From the IMG/VR virus record IMGVR_UViG_3300042924_004713, positions 102,409 through 166,408 of that record: 64,000 nt of DNA; one strand, written 5' to 3'. The notes under the pieces were generated by a model. That model was not told the DNA's origin and did not search any database. It saw nothing but the letters and a program-made list of their open reading frames with translations. The position numbers and the translations under genes were made by a program. The stretch is from a virus. Positions 35,733 through 45,202 of this stretch are shown piece after piece (within the stretch, counting starts at the first letter, position 1; the number at the start of each line of letters is the position of its first letter).

Positions 35733-37237
35733 TTTTTCCTAGTTATGTTAAAACCCTGTGGCACTGGCTGCGCAGTGGGAGTAGGTACACCACCTTGTCC
35801 AAGTGTTACACTGACATTCACACCCTGGTTGTGATATGGCCAAGGCTCGTGTGTTGGTGCTCGAGTCACTATGCTGTCTAGTTTTCCTGACTCAACTTGC
35901 CAGCCCTTGCTGGCATCAAACTTGGTGTCATCTAACTTGTATTTCACAATCTGTTTGGTAGCACTTACACTTTCAGCGCCACCGCCATTGAGATCAATGC
36001 GTCCTGCTTTGAACTTGAGAGCGCCGCCACCATCCCAGCTACCGTTGGCACTTTTCAAGGCCAAATTGCCATCTGCTAGCACACCAATAGTGGCTTTGCT
36101 ATACATATTGGTGTTGCCAGCACTGTAGGTGGTGATAGTGGCTTCGCTTTCCAGTGCTAGATTTTTCTTGGCCTTTAGCTGTAGATTGCGTCCAGCAAAT
36201 ATGTTTACATCTTGATCAGCGTGTAGATTGATATCACCGTTGGTACGCACATTCACAGAGTTGGTACTGAAAACATCCACTGTGCCTTCAACTCCTAGTT
36301 CAATCCAGGTCTGGCCATTGGCATGAATAATGTAGAAGAAATTACCATCATCACTCATGGTTATTTGATGACCTTTGCTGGTTCGCAATCTAATGTGTGA
36401 ATTAGAATTTTCTAGATCACCATCGTCCATGACAAATGTATGACCGCCTTGACGTGCAATCACAGCCACATCCAAAGGTGACAGCTTGCCTTCTAGTAAT
36501 TCACGACGTATTTGATTTGGTTGCGCTCCGCTTTGGTACACTGGTCTACCTGGAGTGCTGATTCCATAAACATAGCTGGGACTTTCTCGTTGTGAGCTAG
36601 AAGTAATAGGTCCACGTTCAAGATCATTGCTTAGTCCCTGTTGAAACATAGTGGCCGCTACCACCGAATGCACGGGCTTGGGTGAGTTGAAAAATTGTGG
36701 GTTTTTTAATACTTCATTGTCTTTGGCATTAATTTCTGTAACAGGCTGCGCAGGCGAATCTGACAAATAGGTCGCCTGTGTTTGATTTCCAGGTACATAT
36801 TCACCTTTGGGCGAGCTGCCAATGGCTGGGATCATGTGATTCACACCAGCATCAGGCACGCAGCCCACATAGTATCCTTGCAACGGATCGCCTTCAACAA
36901 AAAAACATAGAACCTTGACTCCGATGTCAGGCGGTGTAAACCACATACCATAGCTGTGAGGATTTCCTGTGTAAGAACCAACACCTGCTACTCCGCCGGG
37001 CGGCTTTTGTGTGGTTCCATAAAAAGGCGGTAGGTATTTCACTGTGCGCCATAGTTTTGTGTTGTATTTGTCACCGCCACCAAAGGCTTCAATGTATACC
37101 TGCAAGCGACCTGATCTTATGGTGTCAACATTGTTCATTACTTCACCAATGAACGGTCCGCTTTCCGCAGGTACACCTCCACGATCTAGTTTGTAGCCTT
37201 TGGGACGACCTGTGCTGGAAAATACATTATCTGCCAT
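35729..37237 (-). CDS. Baseplate central spike, gp5/VgrG-like
   Basis: N-terminal OB-fold pattern (GEVMNNVD..RSGRLQVYI; PPDIGVKVLCFF); beta-helix-like repeats; PTHEPW. Confidence 0.75.
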   Translation of the reverse strand: MADNVFSSTGRPKGYKLDRGGVPAESGPFIGEVMNNVDTIRSGRLQVYIEAFGGGDKYNTKLWRTVKYLPPFYGTTQKPPGGVAGVGSYTGNPHSYGMWFTPPDIGVKVLCFFVEGDPLQGYYVGCVPDAGVNHMIPAIGSSPKGEYVPGNQTQATYLSDSPAQPVTEINAKDNEVLKNPQFFNSPKPVHSVVAATMFQQGLSNDLERGPITSSSQRESPSYVYGISTPGRPVYQSGAQPNQIRRELLEGKLSPLDVAVIARQGGHTFVMDDGDLENSNSHIRLRTSKGHQITMSDDGNFFYIIHANGQTWIELGVEGTVDVFSTNSVNVRTNGDINLHADQDVNIFAGRNLQLKAKKNLALESEATITTYSAGNTNMYSKATIGVLADGNLALKSANGSWDGGGALKFKAGRIDLNGGGAESVSATKQIVKYKLDDTKFDASKGWQVESGKLDSIVTRAPTHEPWPYHNQGVNVSVTLGQGGVPTPTAQPVPQGFNITRKK

Positions 37238-37246
37238 TTTTTACCT

Positions 37247-40200
37247 TTAAAACTCTCTACCACCGCGTATGGGTGGTGTGGTTGTTTGTACCTTGGGTGG
37301 ACCGCCTGGCCTATTGCGTAGTGCATAGGCAGTGGCAAAGTCCGTGCCTGTATTCACTGGCTTGGCTGGCAGAGTAACTCTTGAATCCTGCACTGGAAAC
37401 CCTGAAGCCCCTGTGCCGGTTTTCACTTGTTGTTTTACTCTACCAACACGCTTGCCTTGCTGTGAAGTGCTGCTCTGCCCAACTGATATCGGAAACCCAG
37501 ATGCACCTGTTCCACTGGCACCCGATCCTGAAGAGTTAGGATTGCTTGCCAAAGGAAATCCGGATGCTCCTGTGCCAGTGTTGGCTGCTCCTGCATTAAT
37601 CTGTGTTTGTTTGCTGCGTGGGAAAATATAAAGTCCACCATCCAAGGTTTGTTCAAATCTTCCTTGCCTAAATTCGTGTTGACACTTGGTAGCATAAAAA
37701 ACATAGCTTTGCACACCAGTCAAACTGCGTGGATTGGCACCAGTGCTGTTGATTGGTGCATATCTGTTGGGATCTTGCAGTCCGTCACCGTTGATGTCGT
37801 AGTCAACTGGCCTTTGCCACACGATTTCAAACAAAACTTCCTGACTGTCAAAATTTATGCCGCCGTCGGCGTTGAAGGGAGAAAAGCTGAATGTACGTGG
37901 GTCACTGCCTTGATAAATTTCGCCTTGTTGAATCCACGCAGGATCTCCAAGAATTTTTACCTTAACTGTGCCAAGATCAGTGGGGCTATACAGATAATCA
38001 GCTGCATTGGCCGCTGGTTCATTGGTGGCTTGATCGGCGCCTTGACTGCTCTGACCACTGCGTGGTTGATAAACAAATCTTGGAATATCAGTCAAGGCAC
38101 TGGTATAGTCGCCTTGTATAGTATCGCCTGCGCCGCTGATCACAGTGACATAGAGATTGTCAAAGGACTGTTGATAATCCAAAATTGAAGTGTTTTTGCC
38201 TGTGAACCAGTATGGATAACTCTTGTGGACTCCTCGGAATCTAGTTCTAGGAAACCATACACTGTTGGAACTTTTAACTTCATAGATGCTGATTACAAAA
38301 TAAAATTTATATGCATAGTCGTTGCGCTTGCGATCATATCCCTTGGGTTCGGCTTTGAGATTGACCTTGAACCAAGCAAAAGTTTCAATAGGAGTGCCAT
38401 TGGGCTTTTCCTCTTGTGTTTCTTCGTCAATGATCTTGAGCTGTTGATCAACAATATAACTGCTGTTTCTTATCACCATTTCTATGGCCTGTATCACGCT
38501 CTGTCCTGCTGTGATACCAAAGTTTCTGTACATGTTGAATACTTTGCCGGTGTCAGGTAAAAGATTTCTTGGTGCATTGTCTCCCATGGGAGTTTTATCT
38601 ATGGCTAGATCTCCTGGTTTTTTCACCACAGCATTGGCGATACTGGGATTGGCAAATTCTATATAAAACTCATCTGCTATCTCATATATTTGATCTTTTA
38701 CCAACTGTTGATTGTACTCATTCATGGCATTCATTAGACCACGATTGGCATTTCCTGACCCTGCAGGAGAAGTATTAACGGATGTTGGTGCGCCTATGCC
38801 TGTGGTAGGAGAAGCCGAGACTGTGCCTGCGGCATCAATAGCTGTTCTTAATGACGCTGCATTTGTAGCCACTGTTCTACCAGCTGTTGGGGATGAGGTA
38901 TTGGCTCTACCTTCGGTGTCTGCTACACCTTGAGACACGGATCCGCCTAGTATCTCTTGCACAGTTTTGCCAGTTATTTCTGTGTTGTAGGGCACTGTTT
39001 GGCGTAGCCTAAAGTTATACATCACAGGCACACCTGAAATTTCATAAGTGGTCAATCTGTTGGCCACTGAAAACTTTATATCTTTTATAGCAAAAGGAAC
39101 GTATTTGATAGCAATCGCATATGGATCAGTTTGTGCTCCACCACTGTTGGTGTTACCAGCATATACAATATTTCCATTTTCATCATAGCCAATCCAGCGA
39201 ATAACCAAGCAGTAGATAGCACTTTGAAATGCCTGTATACCACAGTATTCAGTCACGGCCAACTTGAGTCTATCAATAAGACTAATGCCTTGAGGTTCAA
39301 CCACTGTCATTTTTAGATCTGTATAGGCATGCGCTGATCCAGTGGCGTGACCTGGAAAAAGATTGGACATGGTTAGGCTGTCAATGTAGTAATCAAGAGT
39401 AAAATAAGGATTACGGCTAGGTTGAAATTCGCTTGTACCTTGGCTGATTACTTCGCCACCGCGTTGATTTTCTCCACCACTTTGCATCAACAGTTGACCA
39501 CCACGTATGCCTGTGTCCTCTGCGTTGGTTCTGCCTCTTGTGATCACGTTGCGATAATCTGCTTCATTTAGCAGATACCAAGATATCTGATAGGTGTAGG
39601 TCGCATACTTGTCAAGAATATTTGGCTGTGGCCTAATGTCTTCATTAAAGTTTAATTCAATGTCTTGACGAGTTAGATTTTTTGTAGGAGTGGCATCATC
39701 TCCAGCAGATCCTACACCTGAGCCGTATGCTCCAGGAGGTGGTGTTAATGGATCAGGGGGCGGTTCGTCAACCAGTCGTTTAACTTCGCCTTGATTAGGG
39801 GCTTTTATTGGCAATTGAGTTTCACTGATCTTGCGATCCTGTGACTCAGACACCGTGGCTCCTTGTTCTGTGGTATTGGTCACCGGAGCATCTGCATTGG
39901 TACCTGCTGGATTTGGGTTAGCAATGCGACCTTCAGGTGTGATTCTTTCTGCTTTTTTAGCTGGATTGACTACTCCTGCATCATCGCCAGCAGCTACCAC
40001 AGCGCCAGAGGATGTGGCATTGTTTTTTATGGTTTGATTCTGCTGCTCTCGTCGCAGCGACTCGTTGGCTATGGCTAGATTTTGTCTAGCTCGAGCCAAA
40101 CTATTGCCTAGACCCTGAGCCTGTCTTGAAAGTTGGGACGATTGTTGCGCTAGCTGTTGGTAGTTTTCATCTGTGGCAGGATCAATACCCGAAGCTAATA

Positions 40201-40333
40201 GATTGGCTCGAGCTCTTTCAGCTGCATCACTAGCTGCTTTCTGTTGACTTTCAATAGCATCATACTGTGATCGAATATTGGCTAGTTCTTGTTCGGCTGC
40301 TGATACCTTGGCTTGCTGCTCTTGAAGAGACAT
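37247..40333 (-). CDS. Baseplate hub-like protein
   Basis: NILDKYATYTY and ILGDP.W motifs, HEFRQGRFEQTL; lies between the gp53-like and gp5-like genes. Confidence 0.55.
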   Translation of the reverse strand: MSLQEQQAKVSAAEQELANIRSQYDAIESQQKAASDAAERARANLLASGIDPATDENYQQLAQQSSQLSRQAQGLGNSLARARQNLAIANESLRREQQNQTIKNNATSSGAVVAAGDDAGVVNPAKKAERITPEGRIANPNPAGTNADAPVTNTTEQGATVSESQDRKISETQLPIKAPNQGEVKRLVDEPPPDPLTPPPGAYGSGVGSAGDDATPTKNLTRQDIELNFNEDIRPQPNILDKYATYTYQISWYLLNEADYRNVITRGRTNAEDTGIRGGQLLMQSGGENQRGGEVISQGTSEFQPSRNPYFTLDYYIDSLTMSNLFPGHATGSAHAYTDLKMTVVEPQGISLIDRLKLAVTEYCGIQAFQSAIYCLVIRWIGYDENGNIVYAGNTNSGGAQTDPYAIAIKYVPFAIKDIKFSVANRLTTYEISGVPVMYNFRLRQTVPYNTEITGKTVQEILGGSVSQGVADTEGRANTSSPTAGRTVATNAASLRTAIDAAGTVSASPTTGIGAPTSVNTSPAGSGNANRGLMNAMNEYNQQLVKDQIYEIADEFYIEFANPSIANAVVKKPGDLAIDKTPMGDNAPRNLLPDTGKVFNMYRNFGITAGQSVIQAIEMVIRNSSYIVDQQLKIIDEETQEEKPNGTPIETFAWFKVNLKAEPKGYDRKRNDYAYKFYFVISIYEVKSSNSVWFPRTRFRGVHKSYPYWFTGKNTSILDYQQSFDNLYVTVISGAGDTIQGDYTSALTDIPRFVYQPRSGQSSQGADQATNEPAANAADYLYSPTDLGTVKVKILGDPAWIQQGEIYQGSDPRTFSFSPFNADGGINFDSQEVLFEIVWQRPVDYDINGDGLQDPNRYAPINSTGANPRSLTGVQSYVFYATKCQHEFRQGRFEQTLDGGLYIFPRSKQTQINAGAANTGTGASGFPLASNPNSSGSGASGTGASGFPISVGQSSTSQQGKRVGRVKQQVKTGTGASGFPVQDSRVTLPAKPVNTGTDFATAYALRNRPGGPPKVQTTTPPIRGGREF

Positions 40334-40336
40334 ATT

Positions 40337-40636
40337 TTAGAATCCCAGCGCAGTGCGCAGTGTAGAAATTTTTGGTACGTAGATATTCACTCCAGCCTTG
40401 AAGTCCAACGGAGGAGCTGTTAGAGTGTTAGGATTGCGTTGATAAAAAACCCACCAAAGACTTGGAGTGTCATAAAGATCATATGACAGCAGATCCGGTC
40501 TGTATTCATACACAGTGTTGATTGTCATCACAAGATCGTCACCTTCCTTGGGTATAGGACGATCACGCATGACGTCAAGATAAAACTGTGTGTATCCGGT
40601 GTTGTAGTATGGACTGGTAGCTGAATAAGTTGCCAT
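40337..40636 (-). CDS. Baseplate wedge protein, gp53/LysM-like
   Basis: RPDLLSYDLYDTPSLWWVF..RN...D...G..IYVP. Confidence 0.75.
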   Translation of the reverse strand: MATYSATSPYYNTGYTQFYLDVMRDRPIPKEGDDLVMTINTVYEYRPDLLSYDLYDTPSLWWVFYQRNPNTLTAPPLDFKAGVNIYVPKISTLRTALGF

Positions 40637-42360
40637 TACCAGAAGCCTCCTCTTAATAATGATCCTTGAGCAAACTGTGTAAGACTAAACTGTTGGCTCA
40701 TCTGGCTGCGGCTCTGTAAAGGCAGCAATGTCAATTGTATTTCCATTTGTGTAGGAACATAGGTTGGTGTTTCTCCGCCTAGTTCAAGACTCTCACCAGA
40801 GGTATTGAATGGCTGTGCTGCTTTTTGTTTAGGCTCGGCACCCTTGGGCAAGAATATTGTTTTCAATCTTGATATAGCAGAAAATATAGGACTGGTATTG
40901 GGTGGGCTTGGTACTCTAGGTCTACGCACCACAAGGTCAGTGCCATTGATATTTTCTGAACGTGCTCTAATATAGTCTACATCATTTGGTAAACTGTAGT
41001 TAAAAGAACTCAACAGCACAGGGTGTTCGTTGAAACCATATACACCATATCCACTGAGATACAGCGGCGGGGGCGGAGCACCTACTTGTGCGTCCTGTCC
41101 ATAAAACATCTTAGTAGCAGATTTTAAAAAGTGAATCACTCCTAATAGGTAGTTGGCCTCATTGGTATCTTGCGCTGTGAACGTGCCTGTAAGCTGTATT
41201 TCTTGCGGACTACTGTTTTGATAAAAGTAACCACGAATATTGCTGTGTGTTAGATCATACGTATTGTAGTTCGCACGATATGCTGTACTGATCGTGGGTG
41301 TGTAAGGGAAAATCACACCTTTGCCTACCAAAGGATACAGTAGGTCTCCCGGTGCTGCCACGTTGTAAAGATATTGAGCCTGTGGTGCCAAGGCCAAACG
41401 CACACGCCAATCCTTTTCATTGAACGCGGATCTCTGCGAACGTATGGCGTTCTGTTGCTTGAGTTGTGTGACCTTGGCAGCTATGTCATCAACATATCTA
41501 GGATTAGCAAACGGATTGCCTTGTTGTCCTTGACCAGTGGGATAATAATCACTTGCATTGGTTGCTGTTGGAGATGTATTCTGCACAGCAAAAGGATTAC
41601 CAGTCTGTCCACGCACCGGATAGTAACTGCTGCTGCCAAGGTCAGTGTCCTCAGGAGCAGTTTGCGTCGCAAAAGGATTACCAGTCTGTCCACGCACCGG
41701 ATAGTAACTACTGCTACCTTGATCGTCTATGGTTGGTTGTGTTATTGCAAAAGGATTACCAGTTTGTCCTTGCACAGGATAGTAACTACTACCGCCTGTG
41801 GGTTCTGTGATTCTTGGTCCGGCCAGGGCCGCAGCAGCAGATCCTCCATAGGGAAACTGTTCAACGGTTTCAGCTCGATAGGGCACAAAACCCTGTTGTC
41901 TATTGGCATCAGAATCAAGCAGATTGATTTCTCTAACCTGTAGTTCAAAATCCTGCGCTTGTTGATTAACCAAGGGCTGCGGGGGGTAGGGGAACTGTCC
42001 GGGTTGCTGTCCCACTGCCACTCGGCCAATGAAGTCATCTTCGGGAATATATCCCAACCCGTTGGCGTTGGTGGCCTGTCTTTGCACATCTGTGACGGGC
42101 ACTGCTGTGCTTGGTGGTACACCGTATCCCAGTTCTTGTGAGGCCAACTGTTGGTTGCGATTCATGATTTCTTCTCGCAGACTCAGATTTTGACCAGGGA
42201 TTGGGTTAGCAGTGTTGGGTTCTAGAATGGCTTGATTTCTGTCAAGCTGTAGGGTGCTGCCGCCAGCAGGAGCTTCAAGTCCTTGACCTGGGCGTGTGAA
42301 GGCATCGTACTCTGCTTGTGTTAGTTCTACCAACTGGCCATTTATAAGAATCTTGGGCAT
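40636..42360 (-). CDS. Tail tube initiator/baseplate protein with a low-complexity, repeat-containing N-terminal half
   Basis: C-terminal GVIFPYTPTI..., FTAQ, PPP.L.LSGYG, SFNYSLPNDVDY, P....I.LTL.P. Confidence 0.55.
   Translation of the reverse strand: MPKILINGQLVELTQAEYDAFTRPGQGLEAPAGGSTLQLDRNQAILEPNTANPIPGQNLSLREEIMNRNQQLASQELGYGVPPSTAVPVTDVQRQATNANGLGYIPEDDFIGRVAVGQQPGQFPYPPQPLVNQQAQDFELQVREINLLDSDANRQQGFVPYRAETVEQFPYGGSAAAALAGPRITEPTGGSSYYPVQGQTGNPFAITQPTIDDQGSSSYYPVRGQTGNPFATQTAPEDTDLGSSSYYPVRGQTGNPFAVQNTSPTATNASDYYPTGQGQQGNPFANPRYVDDIAAKVTQLKQQNAIRSQRSAFNEKDWRVRLALAPQAQYLYNVAAPGDLLYPLVGKGVIFPYTPTISTAYRANYNTYDLTHSNIRGYFYQNSSPQEIQLTGTFTAQDTNEANYLLGVIHFLKSATKMFYGQDAQVGAPPPPLYLSGYGVYGFNEHPVLLSSFNYSLPNDVDYIRARSENINGTDLVVRRPRVPSPPNTSPIFSAISRLKTIFLPKGAEPKQKAAQPFNTSGESLELGGETPTYVPTQMEIQLTLLPLQSRSQMSQQFSLTQFAQGSLLRGGFW
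41507..41787 (-). repeat. Four in-frame coding repeats (S/D)YYPxxG(Q)xxGNPFA
   Basis: ~41-bp units starting at 41507, 41588, 41669 and 41747 (period 81/81/78); the two central copies are identical. Confidence 0.9.
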
Positions 42361-42419
42361 TTTATGGTTCCTGTTGATTATTTACCGTGTTTTTTAACGG
42401 CTATGATAAAGGAAAAAGG

Positions 42420-42452
42420 TTGACAAACAGGCAAAAACTGTTACAATAAATA
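42420..42452 (+). promoter_or_regulatory. Sigma70 promoter overlapping a late-type TAAATA motif, upstream of the sigma factor gene
   Basis: TTGACA (42420-25), 16 nt, TACAAT (42442-47) with an extended TG; TAAATA at 42447-52; RBS AAGGAG before the TTG start. Confidence 0.75.
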
Positions 42453-42471
42453 CATTTCAAGGAGAAACACA

Positions 42472-43362
42472 TTGTCGTCAACACCTCCCCGAGTCAACTA
42501 TCTCAACAATCGAGACATACTAAAAGAAATACATCTAAGCAAAAACACCTACTGTGCATTCAGTGATCCTGCCGCAGATCATCAATACGACATCATTCTT
42601 GCATCTGTGAGCAAAATCAATCAACGCACCATTGCGGAAGCTCGACGCAATCGCGCTGATCGTATCAAACGCGAAACTGGTGAGATCATTGACCCTAAAA
42701 AGATTGCAAACACTGATTTGGTGTTTAGAATCATGACCTGGGAACACATACCCATGGCTCCAAAAAAGCCGCCCAAGGCCGCTGCCAAGCGGCGCAGAGT
42801 AGAGGATATTCTGGGCATGGAGGAAATCCCGAACGAGGAACTAGAAGATCTGGTAGAAGAGCCTGCAGGCGACCCCACGCATGTTAGAGTCAACTTTCCT
42901 CCGTTTTTCCACTACAGAATCAATGAACACAAAGTGCCCTATATCGTGGGCAAAAGTCACTGGCAGGGCGCTCTAGACACAGGCCATTACAGTCGTGATC
43001 ATGGCAACATGACACGCAAACTAGCACAGATGTTTATGAAACTGTGCGAACGCTATGCCACACGCAGCAACTGGCGTGGCTACACCTATAACGAGGAAAT
43101 GCGTGGACAGGCACTGCTACAACTCAGTCAAATTGGCCTACAGTTTGATGAAAGCAAGAGTCAAAATCCCTTTGCCTACTACACTGCGGCCATTACCAAT
43201 TCGTTCACACGTATTCTCAACATTGAAAAGAAAATGCAAAACATACGTGACGACATTTTGGAAATGAACGGACTCAATCCTTCGTGGACACGTCAGAACT
43301 CCGGACGTGACCCAGGTGTTGTTTCTACCATTACGGTTGCAGAAAATCAAGAAGACCACTAA
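42472..43362 (+). CDS. gp55: Late-transcription sigma factor, gp55-like
   Basis: YLNNRDIL; NWRGYTYNEEM...FDESKSQNPFAYYT...F.RI..EKK; adjacent to gp47/gp46. Confidence 0.8.
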   Translation: MSSTPPRVNYLNNRDILKEIHLSKNTYCAFSDPAADHQYDIILASVSKINQRTIAEARRNRADRIKRETGEIIDPKKIANTDLVFRIMTWEHIPMAPKKPPKAAAKRRRVEDILGMEEIPNEELEDLVEEPAGDPTHVRVNFPPFFHYRINEHKVPYIVGKSHWQGALDTGHYSRDHGNMTRKLAQMFMKLCERYATRSNWRGYTYNEEMRGQALLQLSQIGLQFDESKSQNPFAYYTAAITNSFTRILNIEKKMQNIRDDILEMNGLNPSWTRQNSGRDPGVVSTITVAENQEDH

Positions 43363-43373
43363 ACTGTGTGACT

Positions 43374-44390
43374 ATGAGTAATCTTTTTAAACGTGCGGCG
43401 ATATTCACCGACATACATTTTGGTTTGAAAAGCAACAGTCAACTACACAATGATGACTGTTTGAACTTTGTGAAATGGGCCACTGCCAAGGCTCAGGAGG
43501 AGGGATGTGAAACGGCGTTTTTTCTTGGTGACTGGCACAATCATAGGGCTAGCATTAACATTGTCACTCTTAACTATAGTCTCCAGGCCCTGGAACACCT
43601 CTCCGCAAACTTTTCTACTGTATACTTTATTCCCGGCAACCATGATTTATATTATCGGGACAAACGTGATGTACAAAGTGTGGAGTGGGCAAAGCATCTT
43701 CCTAATTTGGTTATCTGTAATGACTGGCTACACTCTAACGATGTTGTTGTGGCTCCATGGTTGGTAGGAGATGACCACAAACGCCTGGCCAAGATGTCAG
43801 GCCGGTATTTGTTTGGACATTTTGAACTGCCTGGCTATCTAATGAACGCCATGGTTGAAATGCCTGATCATGGATCTGTGCGTAGAGAAGACCTGTCAGG
43901 GTTTGAACATGTGTACACCGGGCATTTTCACAAACGACAGACCAAAAACAATGTCACATACATTGGTAACTGTTTCCCACACAACTTTGCAGACGCAGGA
44001 GATGACGAACGCGGTGTGATGATCTTGGAATGGGGCAAAGAGCCAGAGTTTCATGCTTGGCCGGATCAACCCACCTATCGTGTGCTGAGTCTTGCACACC
44101 TAATTGATCATGCTGCTAGTATTCTGCGACCCAAGATGCATGTGAGAGTGGAATTGGACATTGACATCAGCTATGAAGAGGCCAACTTTATCAAAGAAAC
44201 ATTCATACGCGATTATCAACTGCGTGAAATGGCCTTGATACCCAATAAAAATTCTGCTTACACTCAAGATCTTGCTCCTGGAGAAATAAGATTTGAAAGT
44301 GTGGATCAAATCATCACTGATCAAATCTTGAACATACAATCTGATGTATATGACAGCAAACTATTGTTGCACATCTATAATACTCTATGA
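43374..44390 (+). CDS. gp47: Recombination endonuclease subunit (Mre11/SbcD-like)
   Basis: Metallophosphoesterase motifs DIHFG, GDW, GNHD, GHF and GHFH. Confidence 0.9.
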   Translation: MSNLFKRAAIFTDIHFGLKSNSQLHNDDCLNFVKWATAKAQEEGCETAFFLGDWHNHRASINIVTLNYSLQALEHLSANFSTVYFIPGNHDLYYRDKRDVQSVEWAKHLPNLVICNDWLHSNDVVVAPWLVGDDHKRLAKMSGRYLFGHFELPGYLMNAMVEMPDHGSVRREDLSGFEHVYTGHFHKRQTKNNVTYIGNCFPHNFADAGDDERGVMILEWGKEPEFHAWPDQPTYRVLSLAHLIDHAASILRPKMHVRVELDIDISYEEANFIKETFIRDYQLREMALIPNKNSAYTQDLAPGEIRFESVDQIITDQILNIQSDVYDSKLLLHIYNTL

Positions 44391-45202
44391 ACACAGTGAT
44401 CCTGGGTCTGCCAGGCATGTATCAAAACTGGCTGAGTGCTGCTCTTGATCCTGAATCTAGATTTGAACAGCAAGGTGCTAACTTTCTAACTCATCACAGT
44501 AGAGTTCCTTGGCTAGCCAAGATTGAAACTCAAACTCCACCACCTGCAGACTGTGTGATCAATATGTGTGTAGGGTATCACAATCTTGTGTGGTACCTAC
44601 ACAATTATCTAGAAAAAACCGATGCCATTGGAATTAGAGCCAACTACCTAGTGGAAGATCTACAGGCTCTTGGTGCGGACACCAAGGCCTTTGGACAAAT
44701 GTTTGTTCATTGGTACCAAAGTTATAATATCAAAGATAATCTAGATCACCAGCAGCATGCAAACAGCCTAATTGAATACTTTTATTACTGGCTGGTGCAA
44801 ACGCATGATTGGCAACGCATGCTGTGTTCACGTATTTCAAACGCTATCAATCTTGAGTACATGGCTTTTAACAGCCTGGATAGACTGCATCAGGTCCTGG
44901 ACCCTGTGATACCAGATTCAGCATGGTTTGATCATATGTATATGTTGCTTCAATCTGGCAATAGTCAATATCTTGACCAAAGTGGGAAATTTCATACCAA
45001 ACTTGGGTTGATTAAAAATCTTGGCAATCTTACCATACTAGAACAAAGTTACCTAGGTAGTCTGCTGCATAGCTGCATGGACATGGGAGACACGGTGCTT
45101 GACTGGTATAATCCTGAAGTACGAAACCGATTATGGCAGAGGTATCGTACCGACTTAGTTGATCTTCACCGGCTATACATGCTACAATCGCAATACCTAT
45201 GA
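44387..45202 (+). CDS. Hypothetical protein inserted between gp47 and gp46
   Basis: 271-aa ORF with ATGA overlaps at both ends. Confidence 0.7.
   Translation: MNTVILGLPGMYQNWLSAALDPESRFEQQGANFLTHHSRVPWLAKIETQTPPPADCVINMCVGYHNLVWYLHNYLEKTDAIGIRANYLVEDLQALGADTKAFGQMFVHWYQSYNIKDNLDHQQHANSLIEYFYYWLVQTHDWQRMLCSRISNAINLEYMAFNSLDRLHQVLDPVIPDSAWFDHMYMLLQSGNSQYLDQSGKFHTKLGLIKNLGNLTILEQSYLGSLLHSCMDMGDTVLDWYNPEVRNRLWQRYRTDLVDLHRLYMLQSQYL

Noticed and set aside
41507-41787. CRISPR-like array (41-bp repeats with ~37-40-bp unique spacers)
   Set aside because: The periods (81/81/78) are multiples of three, the units lie in frame within a CDS and conserve the peptide more than the DNA, the repeats are not palindromic, and there are no cas genes in the window.
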